Positions 19,797 through 29,447 of a DNA stretch of 64,000 nt are shown piece after piece. The notes under the pieces are model-generated. The model ran no database searches. It worked only from the letters and a program-made list of their open reading frames with translations, and was not told the origin of the DNA. The DNA comes from Nitrospinaceae bacterium (GTDB lineage: Bacteria; Nitrospinota; Nitrospinia; Nitrospinales; VA-1), in assembly GCA_046754465.1 (NCBI GenBank), contig JBHHVU010000002.1:32001-96000 (forward strand), in the 5' to 3' direction. The translations under genes were made by a program, and so were the position numbers. Positions within the stretch are counted from its first letter, which is position 1, and every line of letters begins with the position of its first letter.

Positions 19797-21146
19797 TTGG
19801 AACTCTCCGAAAAAACCAGGAAATTCCTTTGTGTGGATGAGGACTCGGCGCTCTACCGGGAAATAGAAGCGGCCCTGAACCAGTTGTTGGGTCAAAAGGT
19901 GAAGGTTCACCACACCTCCAGCGGGGAAGAGGCGGTTGCCCAAGTTCGTGATTGGAACCCGGATTTTGTCTTTTGCGCCGTTCAACTGCCTGGGGCGGAT
20001 GGTTTTCAATTATGCCGGGAATTCCGTAAAATCAGCAAACCATGTGCCCTCATCCTGTTATCCCCTTATGACCCGGACCACGATTTTGCCGGGGAGGCAA
20101 GAGAAGCTGGGGCGGATTTTTATCTTTCCAAACCCCTTAAGAGGGGGGAACTCTTTTTCGTGGTGAATTCTTTTCTGCGGGTCGCCCACCTGAATGATCT
20201 GATTTACCAGAAAAACAAGCAACTGGAGGGGTCTCTCGAAAAGTTGAAGGTTTTTCACAAGAAACTGGCCGGACTCAATTACGAACTGCATCTGGACAAG
20301 CGGCGGCTGGGGACCAATCTCAAGGAAATGACCTCCTTGAACAGTCAACTGCAGGAAAAAAATTCCCAGATTTCCGCCATGGTCGAGGAAATGGGTAAGC
20401 GGTTTGAATCCACCGAGGGGCTTCTGGTCAACATCATCGAATTGCATCAAGACGATCACCGCGGGCATTCCGAACGGGTGGCGGAAATCGCGACCTTCAT
20501 CGCCGAAAAAATGAAACTGACGGATTACCAGATTCGCAACATCAGGACCGCGGCGCGTCTGCATGAGCTGGGTATCGTTGCTCTTCCGACCAAGGAAAAG
20601 CGAGTGGAGGCAATGGATGAGGCTACAAACCGCCTCCGCACCAAGCATCCTCTGGTGGGCGAGATGCTCTTGAAAGGATTTCCGGGTTTTGAACTGATCG
20701 CCGACATCATTCGGCATTTGCACGAGAACGTGGACGGATCGGGCAGTCCTGACGGATTGTACGGAGACCGGATCCCCGCGGGCGCGAGAATCATTTCCGC
20801 CGCGAGTTTTTTTGACCATGAAAGAATCTTCCGTCCCGAAAGCTCCCTCACCGAGATCATGGCCACCCTGGACAAGCAGTCCGGGATCATTTTTGACGAG
20901 CAGGTCTTGAATTTTCTGGGGGAATACGCCGATTCTCTTAAAGAATCGGGAGAAGATAAATTCATGGACTGTTCCGTCTTTGCCCTTTCCGAGGGCATGG
21001 AACTGGCTTCGGATATCTATTCGGAGTCGGGCATCAATCTTCTGCGCAAGGGAACGGTTTTGAATCAGGAGATCCTAAACCAGATCTTGAAGTTTCACAC
21101 AGTGGATCCCATTGCAGGCAACGTAAAGATCAGACAGGCTTCATAA
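19797..21146 (+). CDS. Receiver + coiled-coil + HD-GYP-like protein with degenerate motifs
   Basis: REC fold ('ADFYLSKP'); HD-GYP-like 'GHSERVA', 'LHELG', 'HLHENVDGSGSPDGL', 'ARII'; TTG start. Confidence 0.85.
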   Translation: MELSEKTRKFLCVDEDSALYREIEAALNQLLGQKVKVHHTSSGEEAVAQVRDWNPDFVFCAVQLPGADGFQLCREFRKISKPCALILLSPYDPDHDFAGEAREAGADFYLSKPLKRGELFFVVNSFLRVAHLNDLIYQKNKQLEGSLEKLKVFHKKLAGLNYELHLDKRRLGTNLKEMTSLNSQLQEKNSQISAMVEEMGKRFESTEGLLVNIIELHQDDHRGHSERVAEIATFIAEKMKLTDYQIRNIRTAARLHELGIVALPTKEKRVEAMDEATNRLRTKHPLVGEMLLKGFPGFELIADIIRHLHENVDGSGSPDGLYGDRIPAGARIISAASFFDHERIFRPESSLTEIMATLDKQSGIIFDEQVLNFLGEYADSLKESGEDKFMDCSVFALSEGMELASDIYSESGINLLRKGTVLNQEILNQILKFHTVDPIAGNVKIRQAS

Positions 21147-21149
21147 CTT

Positions 21150-21956
21150 ATGGATTTTGCAACCTTAGTTGGAATCGTCGCCGGAATCGGACTGGTCCTT
21201 TCGTCCATATTGATGAACAGCGGTTTATCGCTGTTCTATAACGCACCATCGGCCATGATCGTTCTCGGGGGGACCCTGGCCGCCACCCTCATCGCTTTTC
21301 CCCTCAACGAATTGTTGAAGGTGCTGGGACTGTTCCTGAGAGTTTTTTTGGTGAGGAAATCGGACCATTATGAACTCATCGAAAGCATGGTCGCGGTCTG
21401 TAACGTGGCCCGGAAGGGCGGGGTTCTGGCCATCGAATCGAAACTCAAGGAAATCGACAACGAGTTTCTGAAAAAAGGGCTGGAGATGACCGTGGATGGA
21501 AAAGACGAAGCCACGGTCAGCACCCTGCTGAAGCGTGAGATCAAACAGATTCAAAAATCGCACAAGGATGGCTGGGAAATTTTCAACCAGATGGGAGCGT
21601 ACGCGCCTGCCTTCGGGATGATCGGAACCCTGATCGGCTTGATCCAGATGCTCGCGGACTTGTCCGACGTCAATTCCGTCGGTCCCAAGATGGCGATCGC
21701 TCTGATCACCACATTTTATGGCGCCGTATTGGCCAACCTGATTTTCATCCCCATGACCGTGAAACTCAAGCGCCGAAGCGCCACCGAAACCCTGGAAATG
21801 AACCTCATCCTCGAGGGCATCTCCTATATTCGGAAAGGGGTCAACCCCCGTTTCATGAAAGACGTGTTGGAAAATTTTCTTGACTCCTATCACGGCAAAA
21901 AAACCAAGAAGGAAAATGGGGACAATGGAAAAAAACCGGCCAAGGGAAAGAAATAA
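21150..21956 (+). CDS. motA: Flagellar stator A subunit (MotA/PomA)
   Basis: 'APAFGMIGTLIGLIQML' and 'ALITTFYG'. Confidence 0.95.
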   Translation: MDFATLVGIVAGIGLVLSSILMNSGLSLFYNAPSAMIVLGGTLAATLIAFPLNELLKVLGLFLRVFLVRKSDHYELIESMVAVCNVARKGGVLAIESKLKEIDNEFLKKGLEMTVDGKDEATVSTLLKREIKQIQKSHKDGWEIFNQMGAYAPAFGMIGTLIGLIQMLADLSDVNSVGPKMAIALITTFYGAVLANLIFIPMTVKLKRRSATETLEMNLILEGISYIRKGVNPRFMKDVLENFLDSYHGKKTKKENGDNGKKPAKGKK

Positions 21957-21962
21957 TTAATC

Positions 21963-22778
21963 ATGGCGGAAGAAAAAAATAAAAAGAAATCCCCCGACCC
22001 CGTCGAAGAAGAAGAGGAAGAAGAGGAGGAAGAATCCGGCGAAGGTGTACCCGCCTGGGTCATGACCTTCGCCGATCTGGTCACGCTTCTCATGGTGTTT
22101 TTTATCCTTCTATTCGCGATGGGGTCCATCGAGGATGAGAAGTGGCGCCTCGTCAAGGAATCGCTGAAAAGCGCCCTGGGTTCCGAAGTGATTCCCGAAG
22201 CCGGAACCAGGTTGGGCGTGGATGTCATCAAACAGGCTCTGGAAGAGGAGTCGATCCATGCCGTCGACGAAGTGGGAGCCATGGTTTCCAAGGAGATCGA
22301 GGAAATCGCCTCGGAGGTCGAGGAATTTGTATACAAGAACAAGCTCGCCGGTCAAGTTCAGGTATCCTCCGACGAACGCGGGGCCATCATTACCGTTTCC
22401 GATGTGGTCTTGTTTCCCGCGGGACAGGCCCGGATGACCCTGGATGGGAAAACTGTCATGAAACAGGTTTTTGACCTGCTTTCCCAGTTCAACTATCAGG
22501 TGAAAATAGAAGGACACACCGATAATTCCCCCATCCATTCGGAAAAGTATCCTTCCAATTGGGAGCTTTCGGCCTCCCGCGCGGCTGAAGTCGCCCGGAT
22601 GCTTGTCAGGGAAGGTTTCCCGCCCGAAAATCTCAGTATCGAAGGATTCGCCGAATTCCGTCCCAAGTTGCCCAACACCAGTCCCCATAACCGGGCCGTC
22701 AACCGCCGGATCGAAATTGTATACCAGCGCGGGAGCATTCGAAAACATATGGTGGATATTTTACGCAGACACGGGTAG
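21963..22778 (+). CDS. motB: Flagellar stator B subunit (MotB/PomB)
   Basis: 'WVMTFADLVTLLMVFF' plus an OmpA-like domain ('EGHTDN', 'NWELSASRA', 'NRRIEI'). Confidence 0.95.
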   Translation: MAEEKNKKKSPDPVEEEEEEEEEESGEGVPAWVMTFADLVTLLMVFFILLFAMGSIEDEKWRLVKESLKSALGSEVIPEAGTRLGVDVIKQALEEESIHAVDEVGAMVSKEIEEIASEVEEFVYKNKLAGQVQVSSDERGAIITVSDVVLFPAGQARMTLDGKTVMKQVFDLLSQFNYQVKIEGHTDNSPIHSEKYPSNWELSASRAAEVARMLVREGFPPENLSIEGFAEFRPKLPNTSPHNRAVNRRIEIVYQRGSIRKHMVDILRRHG

Positions 22779-22918
22779 CCCCCCAAACCCTTTCGCGGTT
22801 ATAATATTTCCCGGCTTTATCGCCGATCATTTATTCCTCATGTCCAGGGAACCCCTTTAATCGAGACCCCGTGCGCCGAATGAAAATCCGCGCAGGTTTC
22901 ACCGAGAATTCATCGAGC

Positions 22919-24013
22919 ATGGAAACCCATGAGAGTTACATGAGCCGAGCCCTGGCACTGGCCCGCAAGGCGGATGGGCGAACCAGTCCCAATCCCATGG
23001 TGGGCGCTGTGATCGTAAAAAACGGAACGATCGTCGGGGAAGGGTGGCATAAAAAGGCCGGTCTTCCCCATGGAGAAATCGTGGCACTGAGAAAAGCGGG
23101 GCCGCGCGCCAAGGGAGCGCAGCTTTATGTGAATTTGGAACCCTGTTGCCATTATGGGAAAACCCCTCCCTGCACCGATGCCATTGTTGCCGCGGGAATC
23201 CGGAAAGTAGTGGTGGGCATGAAAGATCCCAACCCCCGGATGCGTGGAAAAGGCCTTCGCCAATTAAGAAAAAGCGGGATCGAGGTGGAAACGGGGATTC
23301 TGGAAAAAGAATGCCGGCGATTGAATGAAGTCTTTGCCAAATTCATCCAGACTGGCAGGCCGTTTGTTATTTTGAAGGCCGCGATGTCGCTGGATGGCAA
23401 GATCGCCACGCGGTCCGGTCAGTCCCGGTGGATCACCGGAGTGAAGGCCCGGGAAGAGGCCCACCGGATGCGCGGCCGGGTGGATGCCATCCTGGTTGGG
23501 ACCGGTACCGTAGTCAAGGATAATCCTTTTTTGACCACCCGGTTAAGAAAGAAAGCGGTCAAACATCCGGTTCGTGTTATCTTGGATCATAACCACAGGA
23601 TCCCCTTGACGGCGAACGTATTCAAAAACACCGGGACTCAAAGGACCCTTTATGCCACCGGAACGAAACCCCCCGCGCCGCGAAAGGAAAAACTTCTTCG
23701 CAAGGGGGTGGAGATCCTTGTGGTGAGGGAAAAGGACAGGCGGGCCGACCTGAAGCACCTGATGACGCTTCTGGGCGGGATGGGAGTCACCTCGGTTTTG
23801 ATCGAAGGCGGCGGAGAGGTTCATGCCAGCGCCCTCCGGGATGGTATTGTGGACCGGGCCGTATTTTTTGTCGCCCCGATTATTATCGGCGGCAGGGAGG
23901 CGGCGGCCGCGGTTTCCGGGGAGGGGATCGGGTATCTTAAGAAGGCCTGGAAAATTAAAAATATGGAGATCCGTCTCGTCGGGGAAGATCTTATGGTGGA
24001 AGGAACTTTATAG
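22919..24013 (+). CDS. ribD: Riboflavin biosynthesis deaminase/reductase RibD
   Basis: 'PNPMVGAVIV', 'HGE', 'LEPCCH..PPC', 'SLDGKIA', 'EGG'. Start placed at METHE; the ORF is open from 22871. Confidence 0.95.
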   Translation: METHESYMSRALALARKADGRTSPNPMVGAVIVKNGTIVGEGWHKKAGLPHGEIVALRKAGPRAKGAQLYVNLEPCCHYGKTPPCTDAIVAAGIRKVVVGMKDPNPRMRGKGLRQLRKSGIEVETGILEKECRRLNEVFAKFIQTGRPFVILKAAMSLDGKIATRSGQSRWITGVKAREEAHRMRGRVDAILVGTGTVVKDNPFLTTRLRKKAVKHPVRVILDHNHRIPLTANVFKNTGTQRTLYATGTKPPAPRKEKLLRKGVEILVVREKDRRADLKHLMTLLGGMGVTSVLIEGGGEVHASALRDGIVDRAVFFVAPIIIGGREAAAAVSGEGIGYLKKAWKIKNMEIRLVGEDLMVEGTL

Positions 24014-24015
24014 CC

Positions 24016-24669
24016 ATGTTCAGTGGAATCATTCAGAGTTTGGGCACTGTGGACAAAATCACGCACCGGGAGGAACGGGCAGAAATGGTAGTACGGACAG
24101 AGCCGGGGTTCACCGGTTTTGAATTGGGTGAGAGTGTTGCGGTCAACGGCGTGTGCCTGACCGTCCGCGACGCCGGTGAGAACTTTTTTTGCGTGGATTT
24201 GAGCACGGAGACCCTGAATCGGACCAGTTTCAAGGAAACGAAAACGGCCTGTACGGTCAATCTGGAACGCGCCCTGACGCCGTCGCAAAAAATCAGCGGG
24301 CACTTTGTTTCCGGCCATATCGACCAGGTGGGTACGGTGGTGGAGATCACCCCCAAACCCGGTGAGGTCCTTTTCCGGCTTGAACATTCTCCCGAAATCA
24401 GTCCCTTCATTATCGAAAAAGGCTCCATCGCGTTGGATGGGATCAGCCTGACCGTGTTCTCCTGCCGGGACAACCAGTTCTCCGTTTCCATCATTCCCTA
24501 TACCCTGAGGCATACCAATTTGAACGCCCGGAAAATTGGGGACCGCGTCAACCTCGAATGTGATATGATTGGCAAATATGTCATCAAAGCCTGTGAAACC
24601 ATTTTGAGTCAACCTTCACAAGAGAAGAAACTGTCGCTGGATTTGCTCCGGCAGAACGGATTTCTTTAG
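24016..24669 (+). CDS. ribE: Riboflavin synthase (alpha chain)
   Basis: N-terminal 'MFSGII', 'VNGVCLTV', 'GHFVSGHID'. Confidence 0.95.
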   Translation: MFSGIIQSLGTVDKITHREERAEMVVRTEPGFTGFELGESVAVNGVCLTVRDAGENFFCVDLSTETLNRTSFKETKTACTVNLERALTPSQKISGHFVSGHIDQVGTVVEITPKPGEVLFRLEHSPEISPFIIEKGSIALDGISLTVFSCRDNQFSVSIIPYTLRHTNLNARKIGDRVNLECDMIGKYVIKACETILSQPSQEKKLSLDLLRQNGFL

Positions 24670-24689
24670 ACCGATTAAGGGTATCCAAG

Positions 24690-25922
24690 ATGAAAAAGCC
24701 GTTCAGCGCCCTCGATGAGGTGTTGGAAGAAGTTAGGCAGGGCCGGTTCATCATCATAGTGGACGATGAGGATCGGGAGAACGAGGGAGATCTGATGATC
24801 GCCGCCGATAAGGTGACCCCGGAGGCCATCAACTTCATGGCGAAGTTTGGACGGGGATTGATCTGCCTCGCCCTGACCGAGGAAAGAACACGCACCCTGG
24901 GTTTGCCAATGATGGTGCAGGACAACCAGTCCCACTTTGAAACGCCTTTCACGGTCTCCATTGACGCCCGGGAGGGGGTGACGACGGGCATCTCCGCCGC
25001 CGACCGCGCGCGAACCATTCAGGTGGCGATCGATCCCGAAACCCAGAAAAGCGATCTCGTCAAACCGGGCCATATTTTTCCCCTGCGGGCCAAGGATGGC
25101 GGGGTGCTGGTGCGGATGGGGCAAACCGAGGCGTCGGTCGACATGGCGCGGCTGGCCGGTCTGGAACCCGCCGGCGTCATTTGCGAAATCATGGATGAGG
25201 ACGGCACCATGGCCCGGGTTCCCCGGTTGACCAAATTCGCCCACAAGCACGGGTTGAAAATGATCACCACCAAGGATCTCGCCGAATACCGGTTGCAGCG
25301 GGAAACGCTGGTGGAGGAGGCGGTCAGCACCATATTGCCCACGGCCTATGGAGAATTCAAGGCGGTTACCTTCAGAAACGTCTTGATCGACCAGGTGCAC
25401 ATCGCCTTGGTGAAGGGGGACATCCAGCCCGATGTGCCCACCCTCGTCCGGGTTCACTCCCAGTGTTTGACCGGCGACGTTTTTGGCTCATTCCGCTGTG
25501 ATTGCGGGGATCAATTGAACAAGGCCATGGAAATGATCAGCAAGGAAGGCCTGGGAGCCCTGTTGTATTTGTACCAGGAAGGCCGGGGCATAGGCATTAT
25601 CAACAAATTAAAGGCGTATGCCCTGCAAGACGAGGGAAAGGACACGGTTCAGGCCAATGAAGCTTTGGGATTCAAGCCCGATTTGCGGGAGTACGGCATC
25701 GGCGCCCAAATTCTTGCCAAACTCGGGCTTGGCCAAATCAGGCTCATGACTAACAACCCCAGGAAAATCGTCGGGCTGGAAGGTTACGGCCTCCACATCG
25801 TGGAGCGGGTTCCCATTGAAGTTCGCCCGCGAAAACACAACATCAAGTATTTGCAGACCAAGCAAAAGAAGATGGGCCATTTGATCAAGAATATTTCGTG
25901 TAACGTTGTCCAGGAAAAGTGA
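24690..25922 (+). CDS. ribBA: Bifunctional DHBP synthase / GTP cyclohydrolase II
   Basis: '[10 protein letters not shown]', '[15 protein letters not shown]', 'QEGRGIG'. Confidence 0.97.
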   Translation: MKKPFSALDEVLEEVRQGRFIIIVDDEDRENEGDLMIAADKVTPEAINFMAKFGRGLICLALTEERTRTLGLPMMVQDNQSHFETPFTVSIDAREGVTTGISAADRARTIQVAIDPETQKSDLVKPGHIFPLRAKDGGVLVRMGQTEASVDMARLAGLEPAGVICEIMDEDGTMARVPRLTKFAHKHGLKMITTKDLAEYRLQRETLVEEAVSTILPTAYGEFKAVTFRNVLIDQVHIALVKGDIQPDVPTLVRVHSQCLTGDVFGSFRCDCGDQLNKAMEMISKEGLGALLYLYQEGRGIGIINKLKAYALQDEGKDTVQANEALGFKPDLREYGIGAQILAKLGLGQIRLMTNNPRKIVGLEGYGLHIVERVPIEVRPRKHNIKYLQTKQKKMGHLIKNISCNVVQEK

Positions 25923-26387
25923 ATGGTTAATCGGATTGAGGGTGACCTCGACGCCAAGGGATTCAAATTCGGAATCGTCGTCAGCCGGTTTAACGATTTC
26001 ATCACCAGCCGGTTGTTGGAAGGGGCGGTCGATGCATTGGTCCGCCATGGTGCGGATTCCAGCGGCGTGGACGTGGTCCGTGTTCCCGGGGCGTTGGAAA
26101 TTCCCATGGCCGCCAAAAGAATGTGCGGCGGGAATAAGTATGATGCGGTGATTTGTCTCGGGGCGGTGATTCGGGGGGCAACCCCCCATTTCAATTACGT
26201 GGCGGCCGAAACCAGTAAGGGAGTGGCGGCGGCCGGGCTGGAAGCCTCCATCCCCGTCCTGTTCGGAATTCTCACCACGGATACTCTGGAACAGGCCGTG
26301 GAACGGGCGGGTGCCAAGTCCGGAAACAAGGGATGGGAAACGGCGCTGGCCGCCATCGAGATGGTTAATTTGTACAAAGAAATTTGA
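25923..26387 (+). CDS. ribH: 6,7-dimethyl-8-ribityllumazine synthase
   Basis: 'SRFNDFIT', 'VPGALEIP', 'GATPHF'. Confidence 0.97.
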   Translation: MVNRIEGDLDAKGFKFGIVVSRFNDFITSRLLEGAVDALVRHGADSSGVDVVRVPGALEIPMAAKRMCGGNKYDAVICLGAVIRGATPHFNYVAAETSKGVAAAGLEASIPVLFGILTTDTLEQAVERAGAKSGNKGWETALAAIEMVNLYKEI

Positions 26388-26402
26388 GGTCCCGGAAACC
26401 CC

Positions 26403-26834
26403 ATGGGAAATAGACGGTTTTCCCGAGAACTGGCGTTAAAGTTTCTTTATCAGTATGAATTTAATGCCGACCATGTTGAAGAACAGATGGAAGTTTTTCT
26501 GGAAAGGGTTTCTTCCAAGGATGCCGTGAAGGAATTCATGCGGGAACTGGTCTATAAAGTCCTCCTTCATCAAAAAGAAATCGACGAGCTCCTTAAGAAA
26601 TACAGCGAACACTGGACCCTGGACCGCATGACGGTGATCGACCGCAACATTTTACGGCTGGGGGTGAGCGAACTGATGTACGCCCGGACCACCCCACCCA
26701 AAGTGGCTATCAACGAAGCCGTGGAGATTGCCAAGAAATATGGCAGCAGGGAATCACCCGATTTCATCAACGGGATTCTGGATAAAGTTTTCAAGGAAAT
26801 AGCCAAGGACGTGGCCCCGTCCTCCCTCGGGTAA
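26403..26834 (+). CDS. nusB: Transcription antitermination factor NusB
   Basis: 'DRNILRL', 'AINEAVEIAKKYG', 'FINGILD'; ribH-nusB synteny. Confidence 0.96.
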   Translation: MGNRRFSRELALKFLYQYEFNADHVEEQMEVFLERVSSKDAVKEFMRELVYKVLLHQKEIDELLKKYSEHWTLDRMTVIDRNILRLGVSELMYARTTPPKVAINEAVEIAKKYGSRESPDFINGILDKVFKEIAKDVAPSSLG

Positions 26835-26855
26835 TCCTTTTCCGGGGCGGCTCCC

Positions 26856-27584
26856 ATGCGCTACATCATCTTTTCCGATATTCATAGCAATCTGGAATCC
26901 CTTCAGGTCTTCGAGCAGATTGTTCGGACCATCCGCCACGATAAGAAAATCTGCCTTGGGGACTTGGTCGGTTACGGCGCCGACCCGAACCCCTGTGTCG
27001 AATGGATTCGGGAGAATGCCGATTTCGTCATCGCGGGCAACCACGATTACGCCGTGGTGGGGAAGACCGATCTCACCTATTTCAATCCCTACGCCTACCA
27101 GGCCTGTCTGTGGACCCGTCAGGAACTGACCCGGGAAAATAAAGGCTTTCTAGCATCCCTTCCTCTCGAAAAGGAAGAAGACGGCGTGTATTGGGTTCAT
27201 TCCTCTCCCCGGGAACCCCATCATTGGCACTACGTGATCACGCGGGAGGATGGAGAAAAAAATTTCGATTATTTCCCCACGCGATGCTGTTTTGTAGGGC
27301 ATTCACACCGCCCCCTGATCCTGGAACAGGGACCGGAGGGAGAAATCGACGATTATATTTCACCCGCTTGGGATTTGAAAAATGGCTGCCGGTACCTGTT
27401 TAACGTGGGGAGTCTGGGGCAGCCGCGCGACGGCAACCCGGACCCCTCCTTCGTGATTTTTGATTCCGGGGCGGACACCATCGAGTTTAGGCGTTACCGG
27501 TACGACTTCACTTCCACTCAGCAAAAAATCCGCGACAGCGGTCTCCCCTATCCCCTCGCGGACCGCTTGAGTTACGGCCTGTAG
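26856..27584 (+). CDS. Calcineurin-like metallophosphoesterase
   Basis: 'SDIHSN', 'GDLVGYG', 'GNHD', 'GHSH', 'NVGSLGQPRDG'. Confidence 0.9.
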   Translation: MRYIIFSDIHSNLESLQVFEQIVRTIRHDKKICLGDLVGYGADPNPCVEWIRENADFVIAGNHDYAVVGKTDLTYFNPYAYQACLWTRQELTRENKGFLASLPLEKEEDGVYWVHSSPREPHHWHYVITREDGEKNFDYFPTRCCFVGHSHRPLILEQGPEGEIDDYISPAWDLKNGCRYLFNVGSLGQPRDGNPDPSFVIFDSGADTIEFRRYRYDFTSTQQKIRDSGLPYPLADRLSYGL

Positions 27585-27598
27585 CGGGCGCCTCATTC

Positions 27599-27627
27599 TT
27601 GACCCAAATTTTAAAAAGTGCTATAGT
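27599..27627 (+). promoter_or_regulatory. sigma70 promoter (extended -10) upstream of the amidase-der operon
   Basis: TTGACC-17 nt-TATAGT, with TG one base before the -10 element. Confidence 0.65.
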
Positions 27628-27745
27628 TTAAAACCACAATAAAATTAAGTGGTTATGCTTGGCAGGTTCATGGTCTTCCTTAAGTTTTTAAAGAACGTAA
27701 CCCAAAGACATTTCACATTTTCAGATCATTCGACAAGTGCCCTGA

Positions 27746-29434
27746 ATGTCCTTTCGCGCCCTTAAAAAATTTGCTTCGGTATTAATTTTTCTCCTTCCCT
27801 TGATTTGGATTGCCCCGCCTGCGGCACAGGCCGGGAAAAAACACACCCGAACCGCCGAGGCCCTCTACCAGCAAGCCAAAAAAAAGTACTACGCCCTCGA
27901 TAAATCCGTTAAACACCCGGCTCCCAGAGACCAGTGGGCGAAGGTTATCAACCGGTTCATGGCGGTATACGAGACCTATCCTACAAGCCCCCAGGCCTAC
28001 AAGGCCCTTTTTACCGTGGCACGGTTGTTTGACAAGCTATACCCGATTTCACACTTTTCCCAAGATCGGGAAAGGGCGCTGCATTTTTACTATAAAGTGA
28101 CTTCCGAGTTCCGGGATGGGCGTTTGACCGATGATGCGTTGTTCTACCAGGGCGAAATTTTCCTCGGCCAGAAAAATTATGATTTCGCGATGTCGGCCTT
28201 TGAACACATCGTCCGGGTTTATCCCCAAGGCGATCAAGCAGCGAAGGCGAGAAAACGAATTCAAGCCTTGAATGCAATGATACGGAAGGAGCCTTTCCTC
28301 CGGCAAGCGAGTACGGTGGAGGCCGTCCCTCCCGCCATTATCCGCCACGTGAGTTATGTCCGCCGTTCCCAATCCGTTCGCGTGGTGGTCCATACTAGCG
28401 GTCCGGTCGAGATATCCCAAAACCGTTTGACTCATCCGGACCGGATCTATTTCAATTTTTTCAACGCCCGTCTGGGAGACACCCTGAAGAAGGACATTCA
28501 TGTGGGCGACGATGTTCTTACCGGGATGCGGGTGAGCCGGTTCGCTAAAAATACGATCCGTCTGGTTTTGGATATCCGCCGGGGAGCGGGTTTAAAAATC
28601 ACCACCTCGGATGGAAATGGAAAGTTTATCATTGACTTGTGGAAACCCGTCCCGAGAAAATTACGCTCCCTTCCTCCTAAAATTCCCAGCCCGGTTCAGG
28701 TGGTTCCCGTAGCCGCCCGCTCCAAACCCAAACCCGCAGTGAAAAAACATGTGCCCCTCATCGTGATCGATCCGGGCCACGGGGGGAAAGATTTTGGAGC
28801 TAAAAGCTCCCGCGGACTGTTTGAAAAAAACGTGAACCTGGCCATCGCCAAACGGGTGAGAAAGATTCTTGAAAGACGGTACAAATTCCGGGTCCTTATG
28901 ACGCGTGAGGACGACACCTTTATCTCACTCAAACACAGAGGTGAAATCGCGAATGAGAGGGATGCCGATCTGTTCGTTTCCATCCACGCCAACGCAGCCA
29001 GACGCCGGTCCGCCTACGGGATCGAGACCTATTATCTGGGAATCGCCAACGGTGAGCAGGCGCAGGAAACCGCAGCCAGGGAAAACGGCGAACTGGTGCA
29101 TTCGGTTAAAGATGATCAGGTCCAGCAAATCCTGGCGAATCTCATCAGTACCACCAAGATCAACGATTCCGCGTTGTTGGCGGGCCATGTTCAGGAACGG
29201 TTGTTCCGTTCCATGAAAAAGAAGTATCCCGGCGTGAAAGATCTGGGGGTCAAGGAAGGTCCGTTTTTTGTCCTGCATGATACTTCTATGCCCAGCATTC
29301 TAATCGAGGTCGGGTTCTTGACCAATAAGCGGGAAGAGCGGAGATTGAAGAGTCCGGAGTACCTGGACCGGTTGGCGTTGGCCATCGCTAAGGGCATCTT
29401 CGGATTCACGCGGGACAAAGGACCCACGATTTAG
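27746..29434 (+). CDS. N-acetylmuramoyl-L-alanine amidase with TPR and AMIN domains
   Basis: Signal peptide, TPR-like N-terminal half; Amidase_3 motifs 'IDPGHGG', 'SIHAN', 'ILIEVGF'. Confidence 0.92.
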   Translation: MSFRALKKFASVLIFLLPLIWIAPPAAQAGKKHTRTAEALYQQAKKKYYALDKSVKHPAPRDQWAKVINRFMAVYETYPTSPQAYKALFTVARLFDKLYPISHFSQDRERALHFYYKVTSEFRDGRLTDDALFYQGEIFLGQKNYDFAMSAFEHIVRVYPQGDQAAKARKRIQALNAMIRKEPFLRQASTVEAVPPAIIRHVSYVRRSQSVRVVVHTSGPVEISQNRLTHPDRIYFNFFNARLGDTLKKDIHVGDDVLTGMRVSRFAKNTIRLVLDIRRGAGLKITTSDGNGKFIIDLWKPVPRKLRSLPPKIPSPVQVVPVAARSKPKPAVKKHVPLIVIDPGHGGKDFGAKSSRGLFEKNVNLAIAKRVRKILERRYKFRVLMTREDDTFISLKHRGEIANERDADLFVSIHANAARRRSAYGIETYYLGIANGEQAQETAARENGELVHSVKDDQVQQILANLISTTKINDSALLAGHVQERLFRSMKKKYPGVKDLGVKEGPFFVLHDTSMPSILIEVGFLTNKREERRLKSPEYLDRLALAIAKGIFGFTRDKGPTI

Positions 29435-29447
29435 CGAGGTTCCCGAA

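Noticed and set aside
22005..22034. GAA/GAG run as a phase-variable repeat
   Set aside because: In-frame mixed codons encoding poly-Glu, not a pure slippage tract.
22779..22918. FMN riboswitch upstream of ribD
   Set aside because: The gap is short and lacks the conserved RFN sequence blocks.
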